Part shown: positions 1-29,989 of the stretch, piece by piece
Position numbering within the stretch: the first letter of the stretch is position 1
Layout: every line of letters begins with the position of its first letter
DNA from: Hormiphora californensis
Lineage: Eukaryota; Animalia; Ctenophora
Assembly (NCBI GenBank): GCA_020137815.1
Contig: CM035356.1
Location: 4,216,001-4,280,000, forward strand
Direction: 5' to 3'
Length of the DNA stretch: 64,000 nucleotides
Program-made: the position numbers and the translations under genes
Notes under the pieces: model-generated
The model's database searches: none
What the model saw: the letters and a program-made list of their open reading frames with translations, nothing else
What the model was told of the DNA's origin: nothing

Positions 1-160
1 CTCATACAGCCTTTTCCTGTCTAAACTGTTGACATCGACTACCGCACAGCTGCTACGACTCAGTGATCCAAAACCAAAACTGTCGACATCGACCATGTTT
101 ATAATCCTTAGTAAAACTCTGATCCCAATCTAGTTGTTGTATAACCCCCTGTCCACCCAG

Positions 161-493
161 AACTGTCATGATGGACTCGGTAGTGACGAATGATGATGAT
201 GGTACAGACCCAGCTTCTAGACCCACTGATGTTTTGGATGAAAACTGGTCCTGGCTCTCTCAGGTAACAGCATTGTTCCCAAACTCTTGGACCAATCGGT
301 TATTACAATGATCACCTTTTCCCAGCTCTCTATTTGATTTTCAACTAATTTGACAGCTAAATTACTAATGAAGTAATACCCCCTACAGGTGCACACAGCT
401 CAGATGGGTCACCTAATTATCCTCTTCGTTATTGTTGCCACCACATTTGGAGCCCTCTTCAACGCCATCCTCGCCAGAACTGCATTTATGTGA
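161..493 (+). CDS. Last two exons (161-263, 389-493) of an unidentified gene with a C-terminal hydrophobic helix (tail-anchored-like); 5' part outside the window or not found
   Basis: AG/GT-bounded exons splice in frame to TVMMDSVVTNDDDGTDPASRPTDVLDENWSWLSQ|VHTAQMGHLIILFVIVATTFGALFNAILARTAFM*. Confidence 0.55.
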
Positions 494-967
494 GTTTTAA
501 ATTGCAGAGTAACTGATCTCTGCTTGTTTGTTCATGTATGGGGGGTTTGTGCATGTTTCTTTGATTCTTGAATAATTCCAGCTGAATCTTAACTCAAATG
601 GAATTTCAAGTGAGAGAAACTTGTTTTAAAGATGAGACAAATCAAAACACTTCAGATATCTTTTTTCAACCTTTGAAATAAGCACATGATATTCAGCAAT
701 GCAATCTTTCACATACATATGAAACTTGACATCTTCACTAAGAGCATACAGTTTCACACACAGATTTGGTCATATCGACTGCTTATAAGTACCTAGAATA
801 CCTATGATAGTTACACGTCATTGTAACAAAGACCGGAGATAAATGTAATATATGACGGAGTAAAGATGTGATATATCCGATTTTCGGTCTGTGCAGGATA
901 AATTAGATCATCAAATTCCTATAGATCTCTCTGAATGTCTCCCTACACACACGATCTATATTCTCCT

Positions 968-1995
968 CTATTCCTCATCATCATCAAGGTCTAGAGCCTT
1001 GCCAATGGCCCAGTTGCAGAACTCGTCGAATAGAATCTGACCTCCACCATTGGCGTCTGAAGAAAGGGGAGATAAAGATTAGAGGGAGGGATCATGGTTC
1101 ATGGGTTGGAAAATTTTATTTGAGGGACTCAAGCCAGGGGTGAAATATTAACGCTACAAAACTAACCGATCTTGGCGAATTCAGCCTCCATGTCGTCGAC
1201 AGGACCGACCCAGGCCTCGACCTTATCCTTGGCGGCTATAAACTCCTCCAAGTTTACCCTCCTGTCTCCCCCCTCATCGATCCTCTCAAAAGCTACAAAG
1301 TACTCAAAGTATTGTCGGAGGGAGAGGAGGAAATACCTAAACTCCCTCTTCTCAATGTAATCGTCACCGTGCCCGTCTGATCGGTTGGACTTGGTGCAGT
1401 TCTTGGCGATTTGGAAGGCTCTCATGATAGCAGGTTTAGCATCAAACAAGTCATCAATAGCAAGGACGTCTCTCATGGCCTTGTCAACCTCAGCCAGCGA
1501 CAGGATACCGTTACCTAAACGTGATATGTGTTAGGTTATGATTTAATAATCGGTCAAGTAGTTATCATAAAACATGTCTGTCGCTGAATTCTTTAATCCC
1601 ATGTCACTATATCTGGCATGGCAGAGGTATAGGAGTTGCACCATGATGTACCTACCCACCGCCCACTGCCAACTGCCCAGTGCCCACTACCCACTGCCAA
1701 CTGCCCACCGCCCACCGCCCACTGCCCAGTGACCAGTGACCAGTGCCCAGTGCCCAGTGCCCACCGCTCACTGCCAACTGCCAACTGCCCACTACCCACC
1801 GCCCACTGCCCACCGCCCACTGCCAACTGCCCAGTGCCCAGTGCCAACTGCCAACTGCCAACTGCCCAGGTCACTTCTTCTATAACACTCACCATTAGGA
1901 TCAAACTGATTAAACATGGCCATCCTCCTCTCCTTCTCCTCAGGAGTCTTCTCATAGGGGAGCTTGGCATTGATCTCGGCCCAGTCAATAGACAT
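968..1995 (-). CDS. Flagellar calcium-binding protein (calflagin)-like EF-hand protein, paralogue 1; exons 1893-1995, 1167-1514, 968-1056
   Basis: Canonical GT-AG splicing gives an intact ORF, MSIDWAEINAKLPYEKT...FDPNGNGILSLAEVDKAMRDVL...KPAIMRAFQIAK...DEGGDRRVNLEEF...DANGGGQILFDEFCNWA, with EF-hand loops and calflagin-type motifs. Confidence 0.88.
1655..1868. repeat. Degenerate 7-bp minisatellite (CCCACTG/CCAACTG) in intron 1 of calflagin-like paralogue 1
   Basis: About 30 visible tandem 7-mers; explains the spurious GSWQLAV/PLPTANC ORFs. Confidence 0.9.
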
Positions 1996-2454
1996 GATGG
2001 ATGCTAGAGAATCTAACAAAAATAATAAAAGTTAGATAGGATGAGATATCAAGGTAGGGGGCGAAAGCTAGTTTAAATTTAATGGCGGCTAGCTCCCTTA
2101 AATAGAGTATTCCTTGACAGTTTTTGCATGCACAGTCCTTGACAAGGAGTGCTTGTGAAAATCTGTCCATATTTTCGATAGAAAATAAGCAAGGATGTTA
2201 AAATTTCCATGAAAGGTGCATCAGTGCGGTATGGCGGATAGTCCGAACTGCAAACTTTTGTCTGAGAGGAAGGGAGCGAGCGGAAAAATAAAAGACACAG
2301 AGAGAGAATTTAGTATTAGTGAGAATTCAGAGAGAGCTGCAGCACTAGCTCTCTTGTGCAAATAGTATCAAGCAAGATAAAATATCAAGCAAGATAAAGC
2401 AAATGTGGGAGATACGAAAGAGAGGGATATTGAAAGATAGAGGGAAGGAGAGAT

Positions 2455-2507
<53 letters not shown>

Positions 2508-2528
2508 TAGAGAGAGATATAGAGAGAT

Positions 2529-2568
<40 letters not shown>

Positions 2569-3585
2569 TCAAGTTGAAAGAGAGAGGGAGATATAGAGGG
2601 AGAGAGAGATAGAGAGAAAAGAGAGAGAATGAGAAAGGCGCTTTAGCTTCTGATATGGACTAATTTGAGTGCTATAAAATGCATGCGAGGTCTCTCAATC
2701 TACGATGTATCTTCTACATAGGAATCGGATTCATGGTCCGTGGAGATTCACTATTATATGGTCCATGGACCATGATCAATCCAGTTCCTAATCCTATAGA
2801 CTATCATGTCATCACCCGACCCTGGTCACCTGCATCCAGCAAGTAGGGAGGGGTAGCCTAACTATCTTAACTAAATATCACTAATTTGAGCTTCTTTTCT
2901 GTGAGACAGAAATATAATCTGTATTACATCACATCGTACTCTCAAAGTAACGCAATTCAAGCTATTTTGACATAAAAGTGGGAACTGAAATAGATCTCAG
3001 GAGAGGGATGTTGAAGATCTGAACGAACAGAGTGAATTGAATTGCAGTTGAATTGCAGTTGAATTGTGGAAGAAGAAGGCGAGAAATCCAGAATCCTACA
3101 CTAAGACCACGATCTTCCTGGAGCGTCCGAAGTATCATTTGTCTAGAGAGTAGAGCTACTTGGCAACGAAATATGTAGTACATGGCAACGAAATGTACAA
3201 AACAAAGCTACGCTCGACCGTTAGATCTGTGCAGAACATTGATATCCTTACGTAATTACCCCTTCTCCTCCTCTCTTCTTCTCCCCTACATCCTCCTCTT
3301 TCTCTTTCCCCTTCTCTCCCCTCTCATCTCTCTCTCTCCCTCCCTCACGGTCCCCGTTTTCTTCCCGGGCGTCGCTATGACAACGGCAGCTGGAGTCATT
3401 AGCTCGATCCCTGCCCAGCTATAGGTTAGTTGCTGGGCTGGTGTGCTCTTTTAGTGGATTAGTGGAAAGGAAAAGTAAGGTCACCAAGAGACAGCAAGTA
3501 ATTTAAAGAGCTCTGGTTCGCATGGAGGGGTGGGGGATGTTGAGGGTTACAAAGAGAATGATAGAGGGAGAGAGAGAGAGAGAGA

Positions 3586-3621
<36 letters not shown>

Positions 3622-3682
3622 GCAGAGAGCGCGAGAGAGGGGAGAGAGGGAAGAAGAGAGGGAGGGAGAGAGAGGTAGAGAG

Positions 3683-3746
<64 letters not shown>

Positions 3747-4617
3747 CAGAGAGCGCGAGAGAGGGGAGAGATAGATGGAGAAAAAAAGAAATGTTTAGAG
3801 GGACAGGGGAGAGGCTAAAGGAAGCTTCCGAGCGACAAATAAAGGAAGTTAAGAGGTCACAATAATATGCGTTATGTCCAGATAGATGTACGTATAATAC
3901 GTGATAGTAAGAGAGGGGGAGGGGTATAGGTAAAGAGAGGGAGAGGGAGAGATAGGGATTTTTAGAGAGAGAGAGGGAGAGATCGATGGGAGTTACATAC
4001 ATGCTCCCACTGTAAGACCACGCCAGCTGTTCAATGTGGGCCGATCGGGGGAAGAAAAGTAAAGATCTGTTATTTGGTAGGGGATCTGAGGGTCACATTT
4101 CAATATTATCATTTCGCGTGATGTGATAGGTAAACCACGGTTAGAAAGAGAACATGCCGATGCACTGATGCAGGATGACCTAGGCCGCCTAAAGGAATGG
4201 GGCAGTATAATAAATGAAGCAGCAGCTGCATAGCATAGTTGATGGAGGGACACAGCAGCTGCATAGGAGATTTGAATGATGGAGTGTGTATTGGCTGATG
4301 ACCACAATGATTAGAGCCCCACATAGCAGCTGCTGCAACTACACACTGGCCTCATTGCGGTAGTGTGTGTTGGACTTATTTCTCTGTCAATGACTCACGA
4401 TCACACTGACTGTAATGAGGCATTTTAATACATCATGTTATAAATAAGACGCTCATGCCGAAATTTAACGTCTGTATTCCTATCAGAAACCGGGGATATA
4501 TCTCGGATACATTTTTGCTAAATCCAGGGGGGGGGGGGGGGCGAACAATTAAAAAATCTAACTCTTACTTTTAGTAAACCGGTTTCTTTCTCTCTGTTCA
4601 CAGCCCTATATTTTCAG

Positions 4618-7350
4618 GTATCGAAAACAGAGCCGGTACAGGTGTACAGCCAGTCTGCTGACCCTATTTGGGGGAGGTGGACTTGTTTACTGTCTTAGTC
4701 AGGGCATTCAGATACTCTTCTACTTCACTCAAGGTAAAAGATCACATGTTTCACTCATAAAGCCTTCTCACAACTTCTCAGATCAAACCCGCGCTAGAGA
4801 GTTGATCTGTAGACATTCAATTTTGTTTGGCCGGGGGTACACTTTGTTCAGCAAAACGCGTGAAAGGGCGGGAAACTAAAACCCGTTTGTACACTACGGC
4901 ACTTATAAATCAAGATAAATTTAATTTTTGGCTACAGGACACCGAGGTGGCTTCTACGTGAACTATAACACGTCCTTCGTCTCAGCTACCACGTGGAAGT
5001 GGTCGTTTCTGGTAGCATTCTACTAGATCCTAGGTTAAATTTCACCAGGTAATCCGTGTAGACTGTAGAACGTTTCCAGGCCCACTTCGTATGGTGTAGC
5101 CAACGCAAATCTATTTGGTGTCCCCCAGTGTACCACGGACAGCTGTACTATATTGGACTCAATATTTCTGGTTTTTAATTTCGTAAAACACTGACACAAC
5201 TCATTAATTGGGTTTATTGTTAATCAAATTTAGTTATTCATACAGATCATACACAGTTTGTACAAACAAAATCAAATGACTCCCAACCCAATCCGGTTAT
5301 GGTCATGATAATGCTTCTGCTCAAAAAGTTAGAGTCCTCGCATAATAGACACACACAATATATCCCACTATTTCCAAGTGTAATATCATTTAATCGGTGC
5401 CCAACTTCTCCATCTTCTCCTGTGTGTTCTCACCCATTTCGGCATCATCATCATCATCAAGATCGAGAGCCTTGGTGATGGCCCATTTGCAGAACTCATC
5501 AAACAAGACAACACCACCCTCGTTGAGGTCAATGTTTCCGAACTCAGCCTCTGCATCCTCGATGGGTCCAACCCATTTCTCCATGAGCTCCTGGGAGGCG
5601 GTGAATTCCTCCAAATTGATCCTCCTGTCGTCATCAGCGTCAACTCGGCTGAAAGCGACAAAGTACTCGAAGTACTGTCGGAGGGCACACAGGAAGAATT
5701 TGAATTCCCGGAACTCAATGTAGTCATCACCAGTGCCCGTCAGGTCGCTTGGACTTGGTGCAGTTCTTGGCGATTTGCCAGGCCCTCATGATGGCTGGTT
5801 TGGCATCGAAGAGCTCATCAATACAGATAACATCCCTCATGGCCTTGTCGCACTCAGCCAGGGACAGGATACCGTTACCTATTAGTGGAGAGAGAGGGGG
5901 AGTTAGACAATAATGATAGAACCTTCATGATGATAGATCTGTACTATTATTATAGTGGCCTAAATCCTAATGGCCTAATTACTTTAATTTGAGAATTCTA
6001 AGTGACATAGGTGGACAGTCTATCTCTGATCACGCCCCTCTGTGTACGCAGGCAAGGTATAAATTATCTCTCTCTTACCATTGGGATCGAACATCATGAA
6101 CATTTCCTTCCTCTGATCCTTCTGGTCCTTTCCAGTGGGGAGTTTCTCATAGATGGCATCCCAGTCAACAGACATGATGATAGACTTAGAGCTAAAAATA
6201 CGTGGGAGTTTTAGAAAGAGAGAAAATAAAGGGTTTTTGTTAGAATTTCAAATCAAGTTTTTAGAACTAAAATACACATTAAAATTTATTTAAAAGCTTT
6301 TTCTGTTCAGGATAAGTTCAGTAAATATTATTCAACAAGTAAAATTAGCGAAAAATACAAGTGCAGTTGAGTGTGGACACATGTTGCTTTGCTCAACCCC
6401 GTTTCACGCGATGGTGAAATTTACCGCGACACCCCCCCCCCCAACATGGCGAAACTTTTACAAACAGAACATACCAAGGGCAAATGTGGGTGACCCCTCC
6501 CCCACCCCTTCGGCAGTAGACATAAAACAACTTCCAACAGGTTCCCATCTATCTACAAGACACTGTGCCCCACTAAGCGGGTTGGGCATGTTCCTAGTGG
6601 TACAAGAACAGGTCCTGTTTCTATGGCTCGTAGCGGAGAGAATCAACTCAGTGTTTTGGTGAGAGATGGTTTAGTGTGTATCGGTCGTAGACAACGGACT
6701 AGCTCATATCCTAGCTTCCTTGTAATATACAGTTGGAATTACTCGATTTACCGGGAGAAAAAACTTCCCCCGATAAAGGAAATTAGCCCGATAAATCGGG
6801 GTCCGACTGTACCAAACAAATTATTAGATATTTTGAGGTGTTTCATCGAATTCAGCTGATCCAACTGATCAAGAAATAATAATAATCTCTCTGTTTCAGG
6901 CCACTATCACATCATATGAGATGCAAGAATAGGAGCGTGAAGCGGGATATAATAGCTGTTCTGATCATCTCTCTATCCCTATCTCTTCTAATCACCCTCA
7001 TCTCTGGAGCTGAGTTCTCGCCCTATCGAGGTAAGAGTCTCTTGAAGTATTTTATAGCTAACTTAGAGTCTGAAGTTTCAGCTGATATACCGACATACCG
7101 TACCCACTAAAAAGTTACCGATGAACACCCGTAAACGATATCTCACTTCATAGTTCATAAGCTCAGTTCACACAACCACCGCGAAGAAGAAAAAGAAGCA
7201 CTGTGCGATATACCGCAGAGTGGGATGTTTTATAGTGGAGCGGCGGCCCGCTGCATGTTGTGTGAGCGGTTCGCGTGTATTGCATGTGCTCAGTAACAAG
7301 CTTCCCTCTCTCGTCTCCATCGCTACAACGCTGGAGCACAGCGTGAGAGG

Positions 7351-7412
<62 letters not shown>

Positions 7413-7419
7413 CAGAGAG

Positions 7420-7504
<85 letters not shown>

Positions 7505-9257
7505 CAGAGCTGAGCGAGAGCACGTGACTTAGTTGTTCGACTATAGAACCTCTCGATTTCTGCAGCAATAGTGCAATCAAAGTTTTCACAAGCTGAGCAT
7601 TATCAGTTCTCCATGATACGTGGAAAAAGTTTCTTTTTCTATCCTTCTTCATCTTTTTTATCTCACGTGCATATACACACAATGATGCACTGTATCAATA
7701 GAATGAAGAATCGCACTCTGGTGCAGCAGTAGCAGAATGTACAATCAATTATAACTGAGAACTGATGAGGATTAAAAACAACAATTACTCCTCCCTATGG
7801 ATCATAATCATAATTATACCTAGTAATTGTAATTCTAATTAGACTTACCTTCCCCTCAGGTAGATGCTGGGTGAGTCGGAGTGAGCATCACCAGGCACTT
7901 GTTACAACGCTCCTCTCCACTCTCTTCCTACTGCCTCTACCCCTCACAGCTATACTCATGGTTCGTGTTGCCCTCCTGAACATTAGACCAGCCATGATTC
8001 ACACAACTGGTGCAGGAGGTGTGGGAAGGAATGGAGTGGGGCGGACTGGAGGAGGAAGGGGAAGAGCACGGCCGGGTGGAGGTGTTGCTTTAGTTCCAAA
8101 CACAACTGCATGCAATACGATGATGCCTCTTGTGCTTATTTTTATAATGAGCTCCTACTCAGAGGTTCGTACTTTCCGTTTTTACTTCAAGCTGGTAGGG
8201 GCTGGTTAATTCTTCCATTTTTCTTGGTGGGTCTGGGTCAGTTGGGAATAAGAAATATAAAATAATTACGGAGCTATTACAGTTTATGTTGGTAACCATG
8301 TAGTTGTAGTGTTGTACGTCAATGAGATGCACACGTAAAACCCACCGAAAAACATGATCGACCGGCGGACTGTCTGTTTAAAATGAGGAGCGTGAGAATT
8401 GAGAAACTAAACATGATGAGGATGAATTAAAGAGAAACTTGTACTGTGCACTCGAAATGACTCCAAGACTTTGAGAAGAGATGAAGAAGGAGTAAGAGAA
8501 AGCTGAAAGACAGCAAGACTGTGAGAAAGATTATATAGAAAGACAAATAAAATATAAAAGGGAGGGAGGTCAAATAGAATTAGAAAGATAGAGAGGTAGA
8601 TAGGGAGGTAGAGTGCCAGAGTGGAGGGTCAGAAAGAAAGATAGAAATAAGACAGTAAACATGCAGAATATGTTTTCATGTTATGCACAGTCAGCCAGAA
8701 TGACCGTTATTACAGCAGTCTTTTTAACGGCTGCATGTGCAATTTCATTTCATAAACGTAGACAGAACACATAGAAGCAACTATCCTAAAATGATTATTT
8801 GCACCAAAGAGTCGACAAAGCAAATCTTCTTTATTAAATCGCGTCGTTGCTTGATGACGAGTCATTTAATTATGGGCGAAATTTGGTGCATTTCGGTTTC
8901 TGGGGGATATGACAAGAAAGGAGTCAAGTTAATATATTTCCTTCTTTTCAGGCTGTTATTGCTTACCTTGGTTTGTCCGGAAAAGAGGAGCAACGTCGTT
9001 ACTTCCTAGCCCTTGACTCCATCATCTCTCTCCTTGCCCGGTGTTTATCACCCATCATATTCACCCACACTCTCAAAGGGTTTTCTCTGTTTTGTTTAAA
9101 TTATGTCGATGACAATATTATGACACCGTTTCTTAAGTGTTGGGTTTGGATTTATTGTCGTGCGGTGTGGTGTGTTAGGAGATATCAGATGAGAATTAGG
9201 ACAGGGCACGTCCCAGTTCCACAAACTTCAGTTGATCACCTCAGTAGAGAGGAGTGA
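4618..9257 (+). CDS. Divergent rhodopsin-like (class A) GPCR; exons 4618-4733, 6541-6658, 6900-7030, 7860-8164, 8952-9257; first (TM1) exon uncertain, possibly about 4330-4419
   Basis: All splice phases are compatible. Product has TM3 C...AERINSVFWPL (DRY-like plus ICL2 PL), ECL2 Cys (GRCWV), TM5 LFLLPL, Gly-rich ICL3, TM6, TM7 CLSPIIF (NPxxY-like) and a Cys-containing tail. Confidence 0.8.
5390..6175 (-). CDS. Calflagin-like EF-hand protein, paralogue 2 (exons 6079-6175, 5390-5878); one extra base at about 5732 shifts the frame (sequencing error or young pseudogene)
   Basis: MSVDWDAIYEKLPTGK...FDPNG|NGILSLAECDKAMRDV... is collinear with paralogue 1; exon sum 586 nt = 3n+1. Confidence 0.82.
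6730..6809. mobile_element. Small Tc1/mariner-pogo-like MITE in a GPCR intron (related fragment at about 38870-38940)
   Basis: TA|CAGT...CGATTTA...TAAATCG...ACTG|TA imperfect TIRs with TA flanks. Confidence 0.6.
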
Positions 9258-10056
9258 TTTTGATCATATTGATCATCAACCAAACATTGAATTAATATTT
9301 AATAAACAGGGAAATTGAATCTAAATGCAATTTGTAAATTTGTAAATTTGTAATGTAAGCTGTTTGTATTTTGTAAGACATTATTAATTTCTAATTCTAT
9401 TAATTTTCCCTTGATTTTAACATTAAAATTACAGTTTGAGTTACATAATTTACGCTGCTTTTGTTTTACTGCTGCCGACCTAATCTGACCGCATTGAGAA
9501 TCAAAATAGGGTCGGCGCAGTCAGTTATTTGGCAGACGGGGAGATTTTAGGCATTAAATTGAACCCTTTCCAGCGCTGATAATTTTTATAGCGCGCAAAT
9601 AAAGACCGCGGCGCGTCGTAATAGAGACGCGCGTACCAGGCAGAATTCAAATAAAATTATTTTTGAAAGGCGACAAAAAATCACTCGAAAGCAGAAAGTT
9701 TTTCAAAAACTTGGAATGCGCTGCAGCCCCCTCATGCGCGCACCCCCGCAACGATTATATTATAACCCGCAACGATTATATTATAAGGGGCCTGCAACGT
9801 ATGCCAATTCAAAAACTTCGTCCTTCGATTTCCTTCGTCTGAGCCAGAATGTGCGTGTCGCATACTCGTGAGCTCGCCGCATGCTCATGTACGTCTCAAC
9901 ACATTCTGGGGGATTCATGTTAACTTTTGCGTATCGCTAAAGCTTCACCGGTGGGCGGTGCATCCGTCTGGACTCTCGCCCTGAACTTGTTAGTTGATTA
10001 CATCATAACCATTTCGTCCTCTAACTTTACACTATCCCTAAAGCAGAATTTGAACA

Positions 10057-10716
10057 ATGATACGCAACGCCAGAGTGGGCGCTGCAATGCTCAATTGGCG
10101 GTATGTCGGTAAGACATTTGTTCACCGTGACGAGGTTCGGCAGCAGATTCTCAAGGAAGGCCCTAACTGTAAACCATTCCGGTACATTGAGAAACACGAC
10201 ATTTGCCGGTGGTTAAAAGCCGAGCCGGATGCAACGACAGATGGTCGGGTTGTTTGGATTAGCAACGATGGTTGTTTCGCTAAAGTAAGTTACGTGAACC
10301 AGCGACTTATGGCAATACCACCCTCAGCACGACCCAAGAACAACTCTGAGTTGAAGAATCTTGCCGTTCTGAAATCAATCCCGATTCGAGATCTCACACT
10401 GATTGATACGAATGGAAATTCAGTGGAGAGTGTGGAGATTTTGTATACAAAAAGCGGGGATCCCATGCGGGTCTCGGAGAAAGGTGTTTCTATTCCGTAT
10501 CAGGATAAATACTGGTCAAAAACAGCAGAGGAAGGACCACGTGATACTAGCAGGGAAAATCTTGAGAGATACGGTAAACACATTGCCGATCTCCAGGATG
10601 TCGATTCGTCAATTATAGAAAATCTTGGCGAGAGTTTGGAGCTGAAAATCAAGGAACCGATGGTCAAGAAAACGTTCAAAAAGGTCAAGAAATGGGTCAA
10701 AAAGGAGGATGATTGA
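10057..10716 (+). CDS. MRPL24: Mitochondrial ribosomal protein uL24m-like, intronless, divergent
   Basis: 219-aa ORF with basic N-terminal presequence, GRVVWI, IPIRDLTLID, VEILYTKSGDPMRVS and EGPRDT motifs matching the uL24m pattern. Confidence 0.72.
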   Translation: MIRNARVGAAMLNWRYVGKTFVHRDEVRQQILKEGPNCKPFRYIEKHDICRWLKAEPDATTDGRVVWISNDGCFAKVSYVNQRLMAIPPSARPKNNSELKNLAVLKSIPIRDLTLIDTNGNSVESVEILYTKSGDPMRVSEKGVSIPYQDKYWSKTAEEGPRDTSRENLERYGKHIADLQDVDSSIIENLGESLELKIKEPMVKKTFKKVKKWVKKEDD

Positions 10717-11206
10717 GGGAACAGTAAACCATTTTATGCTAATTTATTGTTTTGGTACCTTTCATTTTTTACAGTTCTTGTGTTTTTATAGTCGATGGTA
10801 TACACACTCGGTGTGGTTCACAAGCATTCAAATTTTTTGGGCATTCTTAGGTTTAACCACAGCTAGTGCGTTACCCACGCTGATAAAATATGTGATTTGA
10901 TTAAAATCAAATCAAAGACATGTCACCGCCCCAAGTTTATCATGACAGATCTGTATACTTTGCTCAACATTGCTAGCCCTTCCCCTGGCCTAGATATTTG
11001 ACTGATTATCACTGACAACCCACTGAGTGTAAATACCGCGGACTATATACTCGCCTCATATACCCCTTTTCCATAGAAACCGCTTTTTCCTAGATCCCTG
11101 ATTCCGACTTGACACTATCGTCCCTACTAATAGTTTAATACTACCCTGCTACAATTACAACTAAACCCCTTCTAAATATAATTTTGTAACAATGTTTTCA
11201 AGGGAT

Positions 11207-27788
<16,582 letters not shown>

Positions 27789-29321
27789 GATGTTGTAGAG
27801 CCGTTCTTTAGGGGAGAGAACAAATTAGATAGATTCAGATTGGGGAATTTTTATAGAATGGGTTTATTCAAACTTCGAGTTCTTGAATTTGATCAGATTT
27901 ATTCATTTCAATGACATTCAATCGGCTTCGAAAATATAATAGGAATGGTTTTGTGTTTATTTTATGTGTTGTCAGATCCTTATTCATTGTAGAAAAATTC
28001 ACGCTATTGATAGACTTTTTAGAATTCATTATATGTAGATCAGATCATAAATAGTTCTATAAATATCTTGTTCGTTTTGTTGCACTTATTTTACTTTTGT
28101 TATGCTTACATTATGATTACTTTTCTTAAAACACCGCTGTAATTTATTCAAAAGACTACAAATTCCCATTCCCTGAGTTCTATAATTGTTAACCACATAT
28201 CTCTCAGCTAAACTCCAATATGTTGGGTTTCGTTGCGGATACGGTGATAATGTTTACCACTCAACTCCTGTTTTTTCTCTTTGGCTACCTTTTCTTCATG
28301 CTCCAGCTTTTCAGCAACTATGAGGTATAAATTGTCATATATTTGTGATTTGTTATGTTCTAACCCTCCTTTACATTTGCGTGGGTGGGGCACGCGAAAC
28401 AGAGTCTAGCTAGGCAATCACTGCACTGGCAAGTGCCCCGTGGCCTTAGGGGGGTCTGGGGGCACAGCCCCCAGCATTAAAAATATCCCCAGTCATAACA
28501 AAACATTCATGACTCTGAAACAATTAAGTCCGGCGCGAGAAGTTCATTTACCCCCCCCCCTCCAGTGGGGGCCAGTGCAGTATACCATACGGATGCGACA
28601 AACGCCCTTTTTGAGTGCCTGTTTGACCATGTTCCCGATAAGCTAGCGAGCTGAAATTTTGTAGTTATAAGTACCTCTACCATTACTGTTAGTAATATAA
28701 ATTTCAAGTTGATCGGTCGTTTCGTTCAAAAGTTACGAGGGGGGTCCCAAACACACCCTGTGTAGACACTATACATACATCACTGCACTGGCAAGTGCCC
28801 CGGGGCCCATCCACCCCCCCCCCCTCCAAGAAAGCAAGAAAGATGCGAGGGGCCGTTCGGCCCCGAAGCTAGAGAGAGAGAGAAAGAAAGAATGACGAAT
28901 GTGTGTGAAGTAGGGGGCGCGAAGCCTCTAAAGTGCACACTCTCCCTTCACTCCCCCAGTGCAGTACCATACGAACGCGATGAGACCGGATTTCGGGATC
29001 AAATTACACAAGCATGCAGTTGAGCTAGAGTTTTGAAACTTGGTATCCAGCTTTCCTTTTACTATCACTTCTGGCATCCAAAGTTACAGACTGATAGGAG
29101 CTAAGATGCCGAAACGGTAGGGGTGTCAAATCCGGGTATAAAAGTGTCGTCTATAGATCTATATATCATATATATATATATATACATATATATATACACG
29201 ACCCAAATCCCGGGAGCTTAGCTCTTCAAAACGGTAAACGCTTCGAAGTTGAAATTTTGTGGAGTCATAGTTCTTGATAGGGTGCGTGTAATAGGATATT
29301 TTTCGTTTCAAATAACCTTAA

Positions 29322-29901
29322 AGGGCCTAAAAACCCAACTTTTATTTAATTATTTTGAACACTACATCGTAACAAGCATACTATTGGAGTCCCAAAAAAC
29401 ATAGGTTCACGCCCCACCCGCCCAATGTGACCCCAGGGGGAGCCCCTCAAGTTGGGGCCAGTTGGGGTCACCTTGTAAACGCGCTTGTACTCCTTGAAAT
29501 GCTAACAATATGATCCTCTCTGAAATTTGAAGTTTTGGGTAAAATTTAGCCTTGTGTTTCAGGTGAGTACATAATCTTTCTTGTCTCTGTATTCTGGTAA
29601 TTTTTCTCCTAGTTTTGATATGCTTAAATAATAATTGATGAGAAAGATTATGAAATCTACTAAAACACAAGGACAGTTTCTATCCTAAATTTTATATTTG
29701 AGAGAGGATCATATTGTTAGCATTTCAAGGAGTACAAGCACGTTTACAAGGGGACCCCAAATGGGCCCCAACTTGAGGGGCTCCCCCTGGGCTCATATTG
29801 GGCGGGTGGGGCGTGTACCTATGTTTTTTGGGACTCCAATAGCATGCTTGTTACGATGGAGTGTTCTAAATAAATAAATAAAATTTGGGTTTTTAGGCCC
29901 T
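29322..29901. mobile_element. Palindromic MITE with TTAA flanks (Kolobok-like AG...CT ends)
   Basis: TTAA|AGGGCCTAAAAACCC...GGGTTTTTAGGCCCT|TTAA; inverted arms of about 200 bp. Confidence 0.8.
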
Positions 29902-29989
29902 TTAATTAAGACCTAATTATGCCATAATTAAATATGCATTTCCCACCTATCTCCGAAATGGGTGGTCGGATAGACTTCTTTAAAAGCTC

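Noticed and set aside
2345-4002. ER/SL/LY-rich ORFs here and at 7220-7682, 23936-24367, 26678-27154, 49221-49567 and 52525-53154
   Set aside because: They are translations of (GA)n, (GATAGA)n and (CTCTTT)n microsatellites
4939-5190. Possible extra exon(s), e.g. FYVNYNTSFVSATTWKWSFLVAFY, loosely HRG1-like
   Set aside because: In-frame stops, no consistent splice path, and the GPCR model is in frame without it
968-6175. EF-hand genes as ctenophore photoproteins
   Set aside because: Motifs (KLP...FDPNGNGxLSLAE, KPAIMRA) fit calflagin-like proteins rather than the aequorin/mnemiopsin family
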